A DNA stretch of 64,000 bases from Thermoplasmata archaeon (GTDB taxonomy: Archaea; Thermoplasmatota; Thermoplasmata; GCA-020350865): contig CP070751.1 of assembly GCA_020348445.1 (NCBI GenBank), positions 597,003 to 661,002 on the forward strand, written 5' to 3'. Shown in pieces: positions 29,663-39,535 of this stretch. Each line of letters opens with the position of its first letter. Within the stretch, counting starts at the first letter, position 1. The position numbers and the translations under genes are program-made. The notes beneath the pieces are model-generated. The model was not told where the DNA came from, searched no databases, and saw only the letters and a program-made list of their open reading frames with translations.

Positions 29663-30195
29663 TTTCTACCCTCCTTCAAGCCCAATTTATATCCTTCTTC
29701 AAAGGCCTTGATATTGAGGTTCTCTGTCCCTTTGGGAACATTATTTTTTATAGATTCCTTTACACCCTTTTTTGTAACGATTTTTGTGATGGCTGTCACA
29801 TAGCCAATCATGACCATGTTGCCGATGATCTTTCTACCGAATTTCTTGTATGCAATATCTGTTGCTGGAATGCCGTAGAATTTGAACTTTTTCACATCCT
29901 CGGGAAAAACCAAGTCAGAGTCGATGATCAAGGTCCCTCCCTTCTTTAACATTGGAATATATTTTTCAAATGCAGAATGTGACATGGACACGAGAACATC
30001 GATTGCAGGTGGGGACAGTTCGTTTATGTTCTTGTCAGAGATTATGACATCGCTTCTGCAGGCACCACCCCGGGATTCGCTTCCATAGGACTGGGTCTGA
30101 ATGGCATTGTTGCCATCCTTTATGGCAGCATTGCCCAATATGAATCCCGAAAGCACTATTCCCTGCCCACCGAATCCCGAGAAACGAATGTTCAT
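29659..30195 (-). CDS. korC: 2-oxoacid:ferredoxin oxidoreductase gamma subunit (copy 1)
   Basis: NIRFSGFGGQGIVLSG, QTQSYGSESRGG. Confidence 0.9.
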   Translation of the reverse strand: MNIRFSGFGGQGIVLSGFILGNAAIKDGNNAIQTQSYGSESRGGACRSDVIISDKNINELSPPAIDVLVSMSHSAFEKYIPMLKKGGTLIIDSDLVFPEDVKKFKFYGIPATDIAYKKFGRKIIGNMVMIGYVTAITKIVTKKGVKESIKNNVPKGTENLNIKAFEEGYKLGLKEGRK

Positions 30196-30995
30196 TTTCC
30201 TATCCTCTCCTGATTCAGTTTTCTGAGGCTCTCTGTGAATTCTGTCCTTTCTCTGTCCACGAATTTTCCGATCACAATCCTATCCTCAAGCTCCTTTTCA
30301 CTTAGGTTTTTTACCTTTTCAATCTTTATAGCCTTCTCCTTGAACATGTTCAGGTAATCCTGCCCCTCCCTCATTCCGATTTTTCTTCCATGTGCCACAG
30401 GGCAGGGGGAGAGTATCTCAATAAAGGAAAATCCTTTCTTTTTAAATGCGTTCTGCATGGATTCCATCAAGGGGAAGACATTATATGTCGTCCACCTGGC
30501 AACATAGCTTGCTCCTGCTGCAGCAACAAGCTCCGCAATTTTCATGGGGTGCTCGATGTTCTTGTAGGGTGTGGTTGTGGTGGGATGTCCCATTGGGGTT
30601 GTTGGAGAAACCTGGCCTCCAGTCATGCCATAGATATAATTGTTAACAAGAAAGACAGAGATATCGAGATTTCTTCGGGCAGAATGTATGAGATGATTGC
30701 CGCCAATGCCTGCAATGTCTCCATCTCCTGCGATAACCACGACATCCATGTCTGGCTTCATTATTTTCACACCAGTTGCAAAGGCAAGGGGTCTTCCATG
30801 GGTTGTGTGCAGTGTATCGCATTTGAGGTATGGTGAGGGAATCCAGGAAGAGCATCCGATACCAGTTACTGAAACTATGTTCTCTGGGTTCAAGCCAAGC
30901 TCATCTATTGCATGGGCATAGCAGTTGAGGACTGTTCCGCAACCGCAGCCCGAGCAGAATTTTGTGGGAAAGATCTCCTCCCTTAGATACTTCAT
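30192..30995 (-). CDS. korB: 2-oxoacid:ferredoxin oxidoreductase beta subunit (copy 1)
   Basis: FCSGCGCG, TGIGCS, HTTHGRP, GDGD..IGGNH. Confidence 0.9.
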   Translation of the reverse strand: MKYLREEIFPTKFCSGCGCGTVLNCYAHAIDELGLNPENIVSVTGIGCSSWIPSPYLKCDTLHTTHGRPLAFATGVKIMKPDMDVVVIAGDGDIAGIGGNHLIHSARRNLDISVFLVNNYIYGMTGGQVSPTTPMGHPTTTTPYKNIEHPMKIAELVAAAGASYVARWTTYNVFPLMESMQNAFKKKGFSFIEILSPCPVAHGRKIGMREGQDYLNMFKEKAIKIEKVKNLSEKELEDRIVIGKFVDRERTEFTESLRKLNQERIGK

Positions 30996-31018
30996 GAGCC
31001 TGTGCTTGTGCTTATCCG

Positions 31019-32164
31019 TTAGACCACCTCTTTGATTTTTGCATATATTTCGTCTATGGAATGGACAATGCCCCCGATTTTTGGAACTGAGATTACCTCA
31101 CAGTCCACGAACCTCTCAATCTCTCGGGAGATCTGGCCAAGGTTCATCTCTGGGACTAAAATTGTGTCCACCTGTTTTCCCAATTCTGTGATCTGCTTCC
31201 TTGCAAAGGGCCAAATTGTAATGAACCTGAAGAAGCCCACCTTCTTCTTGTTCCTTCGGGCCCTTTCCACTGCTCCCAGGCTGGGCCTTGCAGATGCACC
31301 ATATGAAACCACGGCCACTTTTGCATTCTTCATGTGTTTTTTCTCTATCCTGACTATCTTCTCCCTGTTTGTCTCTATCTTTTTATAAATCCTAGTTATT
31401 AGCTCCTCGTGAACCTCCTGAGACTCCACGTCCCTCATACCGCTTGTCTTGTGGGTTGAGCCTGTGACATGAATGAAACCTCCCCGTCCGAACTCCATCA
31501 TGGGCGGGATGAGTTGTCCACCAAAAACCGATTTATTATCCTTGGCCTTTGGTCTTTTAACAATTTTAACATCCTTTAGTTTGGGCATTACCATCTTTTC
31601 CCTAAGATGGCCGATTTCACCGTCGGTAAGAAGTATCACGGGAGTGCGGTAAATCTCAGAGAGATTGAAGCAATCTATCATCAAATCAAAGCATTCCTGA
31701 ACCGAGGACGGTGCGAGGGCTATAATCTCATGATCCCCGTGGGTTCCCCATCGGGCCTGCATCACATCCCCCTGAGCAGGCTTCGTGGCCTGGCCTGTGG
31801 AGGGTCCTGAGCGCTGCACATCCACGATAACACATGGGGTTTCAGTCATTACAGCGTAGCCGATATTCTCCTGCATCAGAGAGAAGCCAGGGCCTGATGT
31901 GGCTGTCATGGCCTTTCCCCCTGCCCATGCCGCACCTATCACGGCACCGATACTCGCGATCTCGTCCTCAAACTGGACATAATAACCATTTACATTGGGA
32001 AGCAACCTTGCAATTAACTCGGCAACCTCAGAGGCGGGGGTGATAGGATAACCCCCAAAAAAATTACATCGGGCAAACAAGGCTCCGTAGGCAACAGCCT
32101 CATCTCCAAGTATGAAAAAAGTCTTTCCTTCGAACTTTTTAAGGTAATTTTCGTAATAATCCAT
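31019..32164 (-). CDS. korA: 2-oxoacid:ferredoxin oxidoreductase alpha subunit (copy 1)
   Basis: GGYPITPAS, QFEDEIAS, TATSGPGFSLMQE. Confidence 0.9.
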   Translation of the reverse strand: MDYYENYLKKFEGKTFFILGDEAVAYGALFARCNFFGGYPITPASEVAELIARLLPNVNGYYVQFEDEIASIGAVIGAAWAGGKAMTATSGPGFSLMQENIGYAVMTETPCVIVDVQRSGPSTGQATKPAQGDVMQARWGTHGDHEIIALAPSSVQECFDLMIDCFNLSEIYRTPVILLTDGEIGHLREKMVMPKLKDVKIVKRPKAKDNKSVFGGQLIPPMMEFGRGGFIHVTGSTHKTSGMRDVESQEVHEELITRIYKKIETNREKIVRIEKKHMKNAKVAVVSYGASARPSLGAVERARRNKKKVGFFRFITIWPFARKQITELGKQVDTILVPEMNLGQISREIERFVDCEVISVPKIGGIVHSIDEIYAKIKEVV

Positions 32165-32174
32165 AATTTTCGCC

Positions 32175-32375
32175 CTACTCGTTTATGATGAATATGGCAA
32201 ATTCGGGGCATAGAAGCTCGCAGAGCCTGCAGCCCAGACATTCATCCTCTTTTACGGCTTTTGGGGGATAGTAGCCCTTTTTGTTGATCTTATCAGAGGT
32301 CTCCAGCACCTTCATGGGGCAGAAATCTGTACAGATACCGCACCCTTTACAGAGTTCTTCGTCGATTTCTATCAT
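32175..32375 (-). CDS. korD: 2[4Fe-4S] ferredoxin / OFOR delta subunit
   Basis: CKGCGICTDFCP and CLGCRLCELLCP. Confidence 0.85.
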   Translation of the reverse strand: MIEIDEELCKGCGICTDFCPMKVLETSDKINKKGYYPPKAVKEDECLGCRLCELLCPEFAIFIINE

Positions 32376-32570
32376 TTATATGCCCAGCCTATTAGGGGAT
32401 TTGGTTATATCAGAGGAAGGTAAAAAGTTTATGGTTGGGATATCTTATAGATTATTCGAATATTCAATAATAATCTCTCTTGATATAAGAGCGCAAGCCA
32501 AAGGAAATAAGAATGGAGAACTGGGGGTAATATGGTCTAAAAGTAACGTAGTCAATACCGTTTTACCATT

Positions 32571-33647
32571 TCAAATTTGGACCTCGATAATTATCGAGTG
32601 TGTATCTACTTCATCGTGTGCATCTTTAACTGTAAGAGAAATACCATAATAACCTATATTTGAAAATGTATAAGTCATTTGCTCGTCTTCGTCAGTGTGT
32701 ACAATTGCTCCTGGCTCATCTGGTTCGGTACTGTACGTAATAGTCCAATGGTAAACTAAATCACCATCATCAATAGAAATCCCTCCATCGAAATCCACTT
32801 CCTCCCCCGTAGATACAGTATTATCTCCATCCTCATCTTCCCACGTAAATTTTGAATCAGGAGCAGCATTGATGAGCTTCTTATCATCGGCACTATAACT
32901 TGCATAAGATGAAGAATCCTTGACCTCATTATTTTTTATATCAATAGTTATAGTATAATTGCCACTTACATCATAATTTATTATTTGTTCATACTCGGGA
33001 TTTCCTTCCACTGGAATCCATGTTCCGATTCCAGATGTGATCGAGTGAATCCCATCCTCATGCTCTATGCTTGCTATTCTTATTTCGGAATCTCCTGGCA
33101 GTGCACTGTTCGCCCCACTTACCTCGATTTTGAGATTGAATTGTGGTTGTTCATCAACGATAATATTGTCAGAAATGGTTATGGACACATTCTTTAAAAC
33201 GAAATCGATGCTATGTGTTATCTCATCTGAGGCTCCTTTGAATTCTACATTGATGTTATAATCACCGTTATCTACCACGAATTGATTGTAAGGTATCGTT
33301 ATAGTTGCAGTGTTATCTTCTATATCCCAGTTATTGTTCGTATAAACAGTTGAACCGCTTTGTGTTATTGTTATTTTTGCCTGGCCAGAAATCTTGGAAG
33401 GCTTATCAGCACTTATAAAAGCCGTCAATTTCAATCCATCTGGGGTTTCTTGGGAATTTATCGTTATACCTTTGATGATGACTTCATCCTCATTAGAGGA
33501 CTTAGACCCGTCATCCCCAAGAAAAATTATCGAAACAATAGCGATAATAACAATGGCAGCTATAATAATCCCAATAATAATTGGTAATTTTAAATTACCA
33601 CTTGACGAGGATGAAGTATGTGGATCCAGAGCAGAATATTGTTGCAT
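32571..33647 (-). CDS. Membrane-anchored PKD-domain protein
   Basis: N-terminal TM; C-terminal PKD (VDFDGGISIDDGDLVYHW..YGISLTVKD). Confidence 0.7.
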   Translation of the reverse strand: MQQYSALDPHTSSSSSGNLKLPIIIGIIIAAIVIIAIVSIIFLGDDGSKSSNEDEVIIKGITINSQETPDGLKLTAFISADKPSKISGQAKITITQSGSTVYTNNNWDIEDNTATITIPYNQFVVDNGDYNINVEFKGASDEITHSIDFVLKNVSITISDNIIVDEQPQFNLKIEVSGANSALPGDSEIRIASIEHEDGIHSITSGIGTWIPVEGNPEYEQIINYDVSGNYTITIDIKNNEVKDSSSYASYSADDKKLINAAPDSKFTWEDEDGDNTVSTGEEVDFDGGISIDDGDLVYHWTITYSTEPDEPGAIVHTDEDEQMTYTFSNIGYYGISLTVKDAHDEVDTHSIIIEVQI

Positions 33648-33811
33648 TCTTACCCCCTCCTTTATCCTGATTTATTTTTCAAGGGTGATTGGTGCCCTAT
33701 TGCTCTATAAAATGACATTGGAAGGTAAAAGGTTTATGGTTGTTAAAATGCATACATTAGAAATAGTAATTAAAAATAAAAAAAAGGAAGAAGGTTTTTG
33801 AGGAAGCTCTA

Positions 33812-36800
33812 TCATCCAATGGTGATGGAATCCGAAGATCCCGCCGTTGACAGTCGAAAGTTATCATCGTCCTTTACTGTCAGTGTTAAAGTTCCTGAGC
33901 CTTCGTAGATAAGGGTCGTGGTGTCAGATAAAACCACAGGATTCACTTCTGGGCTTGGATACGGATCCGGTGTGTTGGTTGGAGCATTGTTGTAGTATTT
34001 CTTTGATACTGTCTGTGTTCCATATGTGTAGGTGATAGTTTCATCATCACTGCCTGGGTCTGAGACATCACTGGTTACTTCAAATGGATGGCCGATAAGA
34101 AGTGCACTGATATCCACTTCCCAGGGCTCTACATGGTTCCAGTGGTCACTGTCTCTGATCATGGACTGCTGTGTATTGAACGTGTGATGCACTTTTTCCT
34201 CGGAGCCGTTGGGGAACTTTATTATCACCCAAACCGGGTTTCCTGCGTTGTCCTTTTTATCTTTGCCGTTATTGCCCTGGTCTCCATTTATCTCGTCACC
34301 GCTGTCCGGATATGGATCATATGTCACCACCGCCCTGTAGGTCTTAGTCATATCGAGTGTGGTTGGAAGCGCTGGATTTACGTAAGTGGGATTGTTGTCT
34401 GGATTGCCAGGCCATCTTTCAACCTCGAGATAGCCTACTGAACTGTTGCCTTCGTACAATGTCAGGCCCACATTGCTCCACTTGGAGCCTGCGACTCTTA
34501 GTTTGATTTCCACGTCCATAGTCGCTGACTCAATGCTTACATCTGGATCGACATTTAGAACCGTTATTACGCAGGTGTCTGTGTCTGTTAGACCGCTGAA
34601 ATCCATTACTGTCAATGTCACGGTGTAGTTACCATCTGTGCCGTCGCCGTCGTCACCATAGACATGGGTTGGCATTGGACCTGTTGCGTCAACATCATTG
34701 GTTGGGTTCCCATCAGAATCGGAATCCACATTGGCGTCAAAGTCCCAAGTATAGGTGAGAATCGAGTCCTTGATAAGTTGAGTTACGTCATCTATGAAGC
34801 TCTCTTCGTCGTCTATTTCGTACGCTGTTCCATTGGTCTGTGCACCAAGAGATATGAACAGATCCTGAATCGGGCCTGTTGCAGAACCATTGGGTCCGTC
34901 AGGATCGCAGGCCTCGTCGTACATTGGGAACATGAGCACTTTGTTCTCATTGGCAATTATGGCAGTTCCGTTGATTGTATCCCAATCCTGTGGCCAGACA
35001 TAGGGATCACTTGAAGGTCCAGAGCCCGACACACCATCTCTGTGTTGATGCCATGGGGCCGAATCACCTATGGGCGATACTATCCTAAGAGCACCGGCAC
35101 GCCAGTAATGATGAACAGCTACATATGCGGCGCCCTGTGCCCAGCCTTCAGATACATGTGTGGAATGACTGTCGCAAGTCTGGTTGGGAATCAAAAGACA
35201 TGGAGAAGGATTGGCTGTGTTAACATTATGTCCATGTGGATTGCTGATCAGGGGATTTCTCAGGCAGTCAGTTAGTCTGGTACTACCATTAGGTTGAATC
35301 CGGATACCGTAATCCATCCAGCCATCCATAATGGAAGAGTTGTAGGTGTTGCCGTGGTCCAGGCCATAAACTCTGAACCTAAGGTCAAATCCCTCATCCT
35401 CCAAAGATTGCTCGATTGCCGGAAGCGTTCTCGATAATATGTTCCACTCGTCAGGCATGCTGGGTGATGTATCAACCACGAACACCATATCCACCTTTGG
35501 ATCGGGATCATAAGATCCTGTGCCGTTGAATTGAACTGTGTCCCCCTCGTACACAGTTTGATCTGGACCGGCATTTGCTACAGGTGGATCGTTGAACTCG
35601 GGAAGCTGTGTTCTCCAGGTATTGTGGGTCTTCCATGGCTGGTAGTCGTTGGTTATGGAAAGATCTGATCTCACGTTCGTGAAGTAGTAGGCCATCTGAT
35701 TCCAAACAGGTCTGCACTCCACCCATGTGTCGTCGTTTCCGAGAATCAACAATTCTCTGTTGTAGTCTGCGCCTCCACCTGAGTAACCGTTTCCGCTGGG
35801 CACTACAATTTCGGCATGGTCATCTAGGTCGACATCTGCAATGACTGGTGAATGCTCGTTTTCATCGATGTCTATGTTGCTGTTCCAGGTTACATTACCA
35901 GTCATTCCATCCAGAACCAAAGCAGCAATGTCGTCTGAGATAACGGTAACCTCTGGCGATCCGTCACCATTTAGGTCGGTATTTGTGAGATCCGGATTGT
36001 CCCACTCCCCAACCCCGAGATAACCACTGTTCCAAAGAACAGAACCATCGCCATTGAGTGCAAGAACCCGGCCATTTAAACCCCCTGAAACTGATTCTCT
36101 TGTTCCAACTGCAATCTCCGGGTAGCCGTCGAGATCAAGGTCTGAGACAGCTGGGCCTGAGTTGAATACACTCAGGTTGTACATCCATTTGAGAGTTCCA
36201 TTATAACGGTATACAAATACCCCATTACTAGCAGATCTAAATCCCTGTACTGTGATTATCTCAGGATATCCGTCTAGTTCCAAATCAGCAACAGCGAAGT
36301 CGGTTCCGGTTCCTGTCCACCACAATGTTCCATTGTTACGATAGACAGAAAGTCTTCCACTTCTGGAGCCTCCAAAGGCACAAATGACCTCATTGTTCGC
36401 ATCGTCATCGAGATCCAATACAGACACTTTATTATAGCCAGCGCCATCATCACCTCCAGCTGGTTTTTCCCAGATGAGAGAACCATCAAGTCCGCTTAAT
36501 ACCTTCAAATTGTTGGTAGTAGTTGACCTGCTTAGAGCGACAACGACATCGGGATAGGAATCGTCGTTCACCTTCCCAATTGCAGGAGCATGGTTTGTCC
36601 AATATTCATAACTGTACCTTGCGTTGACAATTCTAACCCAAAGTATGCTCCCGTTGGGTTCAATGGCGTAAACCCGTCCTGTTCCGTCCCAAACAAACAC
36701 CACTATCTCAGCGATACCGTCATTGTTTAGATCTCCAATGGCAGGTGCATATGGTGCTCCTCCCAAATCTTTTGACCATACCAACTCCACAGTGTCATTT

Positions 36801-37069
36801 GCGTGCTTGCGGATCACGTTGAGTCTACCGCTCCCGCCAGAGCTGGACAGTGTTTGGGGATTGACGCTGCTGAATATAATCTCAGGGAGCTCATCACCGC
36901 TAATGTTGCCAACTACTGGTGTGGATGGGTATCCGTTGTTGATGGGTCCATAATGTGCTTCCAAAGCATCAGGTTCTGCTGGTGGCCCAACACTTGTTAC
37001 AAATAGTGCTGCAAAAGCCACTGAAAACATAATGGCACAAAGTGCTATGGCTGTTGTTTTGGTCTTCAT
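33812..37069 (-). CDS. Secreted FG-GAP beta-propeller protein with a vWA domain inserted into a PKD domain
   Basis: Signal peptide; about 8 DLxxDGxxEI repeats; VVDTSPSM MIDAS motif; PKD halves on either side of the vWA; no C-terminal TM. Confidence 0.75.
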   Translation of the reverse strand: MKTKTTAIALCAIMFSVAFAALFVTSVGPPAEPDALEAHYGPINNGYPSTPVVGNISGDELPEIIFSSVNPQTLSSSGGSGRLNVIRKHANDTVELVWSKDLGGAPYAPAIGDLNNDGIAEIVVFVWDGTGRVYAIEPNGSILWVRIVNARYSYEYWTNHAPAIGKVNDDSYPDVVVALSRSTTTNNLKVLSGLDGSLIWEKPAGGDDGAGYNKVSVLDLDDDANNEVICAFGGSRSGRLSVYRNNGTLWWTGTGTDFAVADLELDGYPEIITVQGFRSASNGVFVYRYNGTLKWMYNLSVFNSGPAVSDLDLDGYPEIAVGTRESVSGGLNGRVLALNGDGSVLWNSGYLGVGEWDNPDLTNTDLNGDGSPEVTVISDDIAALVLDGMTGNVTWNSNIDIDENEHSPVIADVDLDDHAEIVVPSGNGYSGGGADYNRELLILGNDDTWVECRPVWNQMAYYFTNVRSDLSITNDYQPWKTHNTWRTQLPEFNDPPVANAGPDQTVYEGDTVQFNGTGSYDPDPKVDMVFVVDTSPSMPDEWNILSRTLPAIEQSLEDEGFDLRFRVYGLDHGNTYNSSIMDGWMDYGIRIQPNGSTRLTDCLRNPLISNPHGHNVNTANPSPCLLIPNQTCDSHSTHVSEGWAQGAAYVAVHHYWRAGALRIVSPIGDSAPWHQHRDGVSGSGPSSDPYVWPQDWDTINGTAIIANENKVLMFPMYDEACDPDGPNGSATGPIQDLFISLGAQTNGTAYEIDDEESFIDDVTQLIKDSILTYTWDFDANVDSDSDGNPTNDVDATGPMPTHVYGDDGDGTDGNYTVTLTVMDFSGLTDTDTCVITVLNVDPDVSIESATMDVEIKLRVAGSKWSNVGLTLYEGNSSVGYLEVERWPGNPDNNPTYVNPALPTTLDMTKTYRAVVTYDPYPDSGDEINGDQGNNGKDKKDNAGNPVWVIIKFPNGSEEKVHHTFNTQQSMIRDSDHWNHVEPWEVDISALLIGHPFEVTSDVSDPGSDDETITYTYGTQTVSKKYYNNAPTNTPDPYPSPEVNPVVLSDTTTLIYEGSGTLTLTVKDDDNFRLSTAGSSDSITIG

Positions 37070-37411
37070 TTCCTATTACCTCCCTCCTGAGGCTTATTGG
37101 TATTTATGTCATAGCGCCCCACCTCGGCGCTAATAGTCACTTTGGGAAAAGGGATTGTGCCGATTTTAATGGTTGCTTATCCCCTCTCCCCAATGCGGTA
37201 TTAAATTGAATTTAGAGTATTTAAATATTGTTATTTTCAGTTGTGGCTTATCGTCCAAGGGACTGTGACAATATCGTTTTTGTGAAATTCTCTTGGATTT
37301 AGCCGTCTTAACTTGGCTTAAAATCAACCCGGGGATTCCAAATCTCAACTTTTATATATATATTCGCATATTTTATACGTATTACTGAAATAGAATCTTG
37401 GACGTGAAACC

Positions 37412-38254
37412 TTGAGAAGATCTTTCGTGTTAGTACTTGCCATAATTTGCGTCTTTTCTCTTTTAACAATCTGGACACCCATATCCAATGCAGAGGTCCA
37501 AAAGCCTGAATGGAAAGTTGGAGACAAATGGTATTATGAAACTCCCGATCCCGGCATTAACGCTAATCTCACTGTTAAGGTGATTGATATTACCACGATA
37601 AATGTGAACGAAACCGATTATGATGTATATGTTGTTAACAGCACATTCCTGATGTCCATGTCGGGGGATAATTCAACTGAATATTGGGACAAATATATTT
37701 CGACAGATAATTTTGCAACTGTAAAAGAAAATATCTTTCGCATAGGATTTGCTCGAGAAATCATTCGAAGGGTGGTGACATATAAACCCCCCAGAATGGA
37801 TTATGATTTTCCGCTCTCTGTTGGGAAGGCATGGAAATCAATTTACACTGAGTATGTGGATGTTGAAGGTCAAGGCGTTTTTAGTTTTTCCACAATTCAT
37901 AACTATACAGTTCTCGGAGAGGAAAAAATAACTACCCTCGCAGGAACATTTGAATGCTATAAAATTGAAAGAGATCATGGCTCAGGGATCAAGAATTATT
38001 TATGGTATTCAAAAGACGTTAAAAACATTGTGAATACAACTGGTGGAACAGAAGAAATGCCCTGGAATATGGAGCTTGTCTCCTATAATATCTCATCTGA
38101 AGATGGAGATGGAGACAACGATGGAGGCAAGAATGACAAAAAAGATGGAGAATTTGATCTATTTGCCATGCCCTATCTTCTGATTCTCATACTGGTTCCC
38201 ATAATTATTGTTATAATTATTATATTGTGGATTGTAATAAGGAGGAGAAAGTAA
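37412..38254 (+). CDS. Hypothetical membrane-anchored extracellular protein
   Basis: Signal peptide; KPEWKVGDKWYY and ITTLAGTFECYKI beta-rich motifs; C-terminal TM + RRRK. Confidence 0.7.
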   Translation: MRRSFVLVLAIICVFSLLTIWTPISNAEVQKPEWKVGDKWYYETPDPGINANLTVKVIDITTINVNETDYDVYVVNSTFLMSMSGDNSTEYWDKYISTDNFATVKENIFRIGFAREIIRRVVTYKPPRMDYDFPLSVGKAWKSIYTEYVDVEGQGVFSFSTIHNYTVLGEEKITTLAGTFECYKIERDHGSGIKNYLWYSKDVKNIVNTTGGTEEMPWNMELVSYNISSEDGDGDNDGGKNDKKDGEFDLFAMPYLLILILVPIIIVIIIILWIVIRRRK

Positions 38255-38342
38255 GGAAAAGGTGGTGGGAGTGTAACCTAACACCTTAGTAATAAAAGAT
38301 AATCTCAACTTTTAAATAGCAACCCATGTATTTTCTTTTTCA

Positions 38343-39161
38343 ATGATCGTGGATTTTCACATTCATATCGGTAAAAGAGAGCATTGGCATCCCTGGGTGA
38401 ATCAGCATTTCAAAAAAACAAACCCCACCCTGTACGAGAACTTCGATGACATCATGGTTCCCGAGGGGTTAGAAACCTATTTAAAAAACCAGGGTGTGGA
38501 TTATGCGGTAATCCTGGCCGAGAATTCACCTATCACCACCGGTGTTGTTTCCAATGCCTTTGTGTATGATTTTTGCAAAGACAAAGACATGTTCGTTCCT
38601 TTCGCATCCATAGATCCCAAGACCGAGGATGAACCTGCACAGAAGCTCAGGGAGTTGGTTAAGGATAAAGGTTTCAAGGGCCTGAAGCTCTACCCCTCAT
38701 ATCAACAATTTTATCCCAATGATGATCTTGCTCACCCGTTATACGAAGAGGCCCAAGCATTGAATATCCCTGTTCTTGTCCACACCGGCTCCTCCATATT
38801 CAAAGGCTCAAGGCTGAAGTACGCAAATCCACTTCTTTTAGATGATGTGGCAGTTGATTTTCCAGATCTGAAAATAATAATGGCACATTCTGGGAGAGGA
38901 TTGTGGTACAAGGAAGCTTTCTTCTTATCCAGACTTCATAAAAATGTTTATATGGAGATATCAGGTCTTCCGCCTAAGAAACTGCTCTCCTATTTCCCAA
39001 ATCTAGAAGAAAATAAAGATAAGGTGATATTTGGCAGCGATTGGCCAGGAGTTGCCAGCATAAAAGATAATATAGACGCAGTCAATGCACTCCCCCTTTA
39101 TAACTCTACAAAAGAGAAGATACTTAGTATAAATGCAAAAATAGTATTAGGACTGAAGTGA
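38343..39161 (+). CDS. Amidohydrolase family 2 (TIM-barrel metal-dependent hydrolase)
   Basis: VDFHIH, GLKLYP, VLVHTG, IMAHSG, FGSDWP. Confidence 0.88.
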   Translation: MIVDFHIHIGKREHWHPWVNQHFKKTNPTLYENFDDIMVPEGLETYLKNQGVDYAVILAENSPITTGVVSNAFVYDFCKDKDMFVPFASIDPKTEDEPAQKLRELVKDKGFKGLKLYPSYQQFYPNDDLAHPLYEEAQALNIPVLVHTGSSIFKGSRLKYANPLLLDDVAVDFPDLKIIMAHSGRGLWYKEAFFLSRLHKNVYMEISGLPPKKLLSYFPNLEENKDKVIFGSDWPGVASIKDNIDAVNALPLYNSTKEKILSINAKIVLGLK

Positions 39162-39171
39162 GGTACCAAAG

Positions 39172-39450
39172 ATGAGAATCAAGGTAAAACTCCTAAAACC
39201 CTTCTCAGATATCGCAGGAAAAGATGAGATGGATTTGGATTTCGAAGGGGAAAACATACAAAATGCTTTGGATGGTCTATGTGAACTATATCCCAACCTG
39301 AGAAAGGAGCTATTTAATGAAAAAGGGGACGTTGACTTCAATATCAACATCTTCATAAACGACAAGCCAATGACAGCCGAAGATGATACTACAACGAACC
39401 TTTCAGAAGGTGACATTCTTCTGATTTTCATGCCTGTTGCAGGCGGTTGA
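39172..39450 (+). CDS. moaD: MoaD/ThiS/SAMP ubiquitin-like sulfur carrier
   Basis: Beta-grasp size (92 aa), INIFIND, C-terminal PVAGG. Confidence 0.85.
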   Translation: MRIKVKLLKPFSDIAGKDEMDLDFEGENIQNALDGLCELYPNLRKELFNEKGDVDFNINIFINDKPMTAEDDTTTNLSEGDILLIFMPVAGG

Positions 39451-39535
39451 TTTTTTTAATTCCGCAAAACTTAAAAACAGCGCGTATATATCCTGTGGCA
39501 CTAAGTATAACCTTGCTTTCGTTGAGGTTGATACC

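Noticed and set aside
37112-37132. TAGCGCC-N7-GGCGCTA inverted repeat upstream of the FG-GAP/vWA gene
   Set aside because: A single 7-bp stem with no second copy noticed; not distinguishable from chance.
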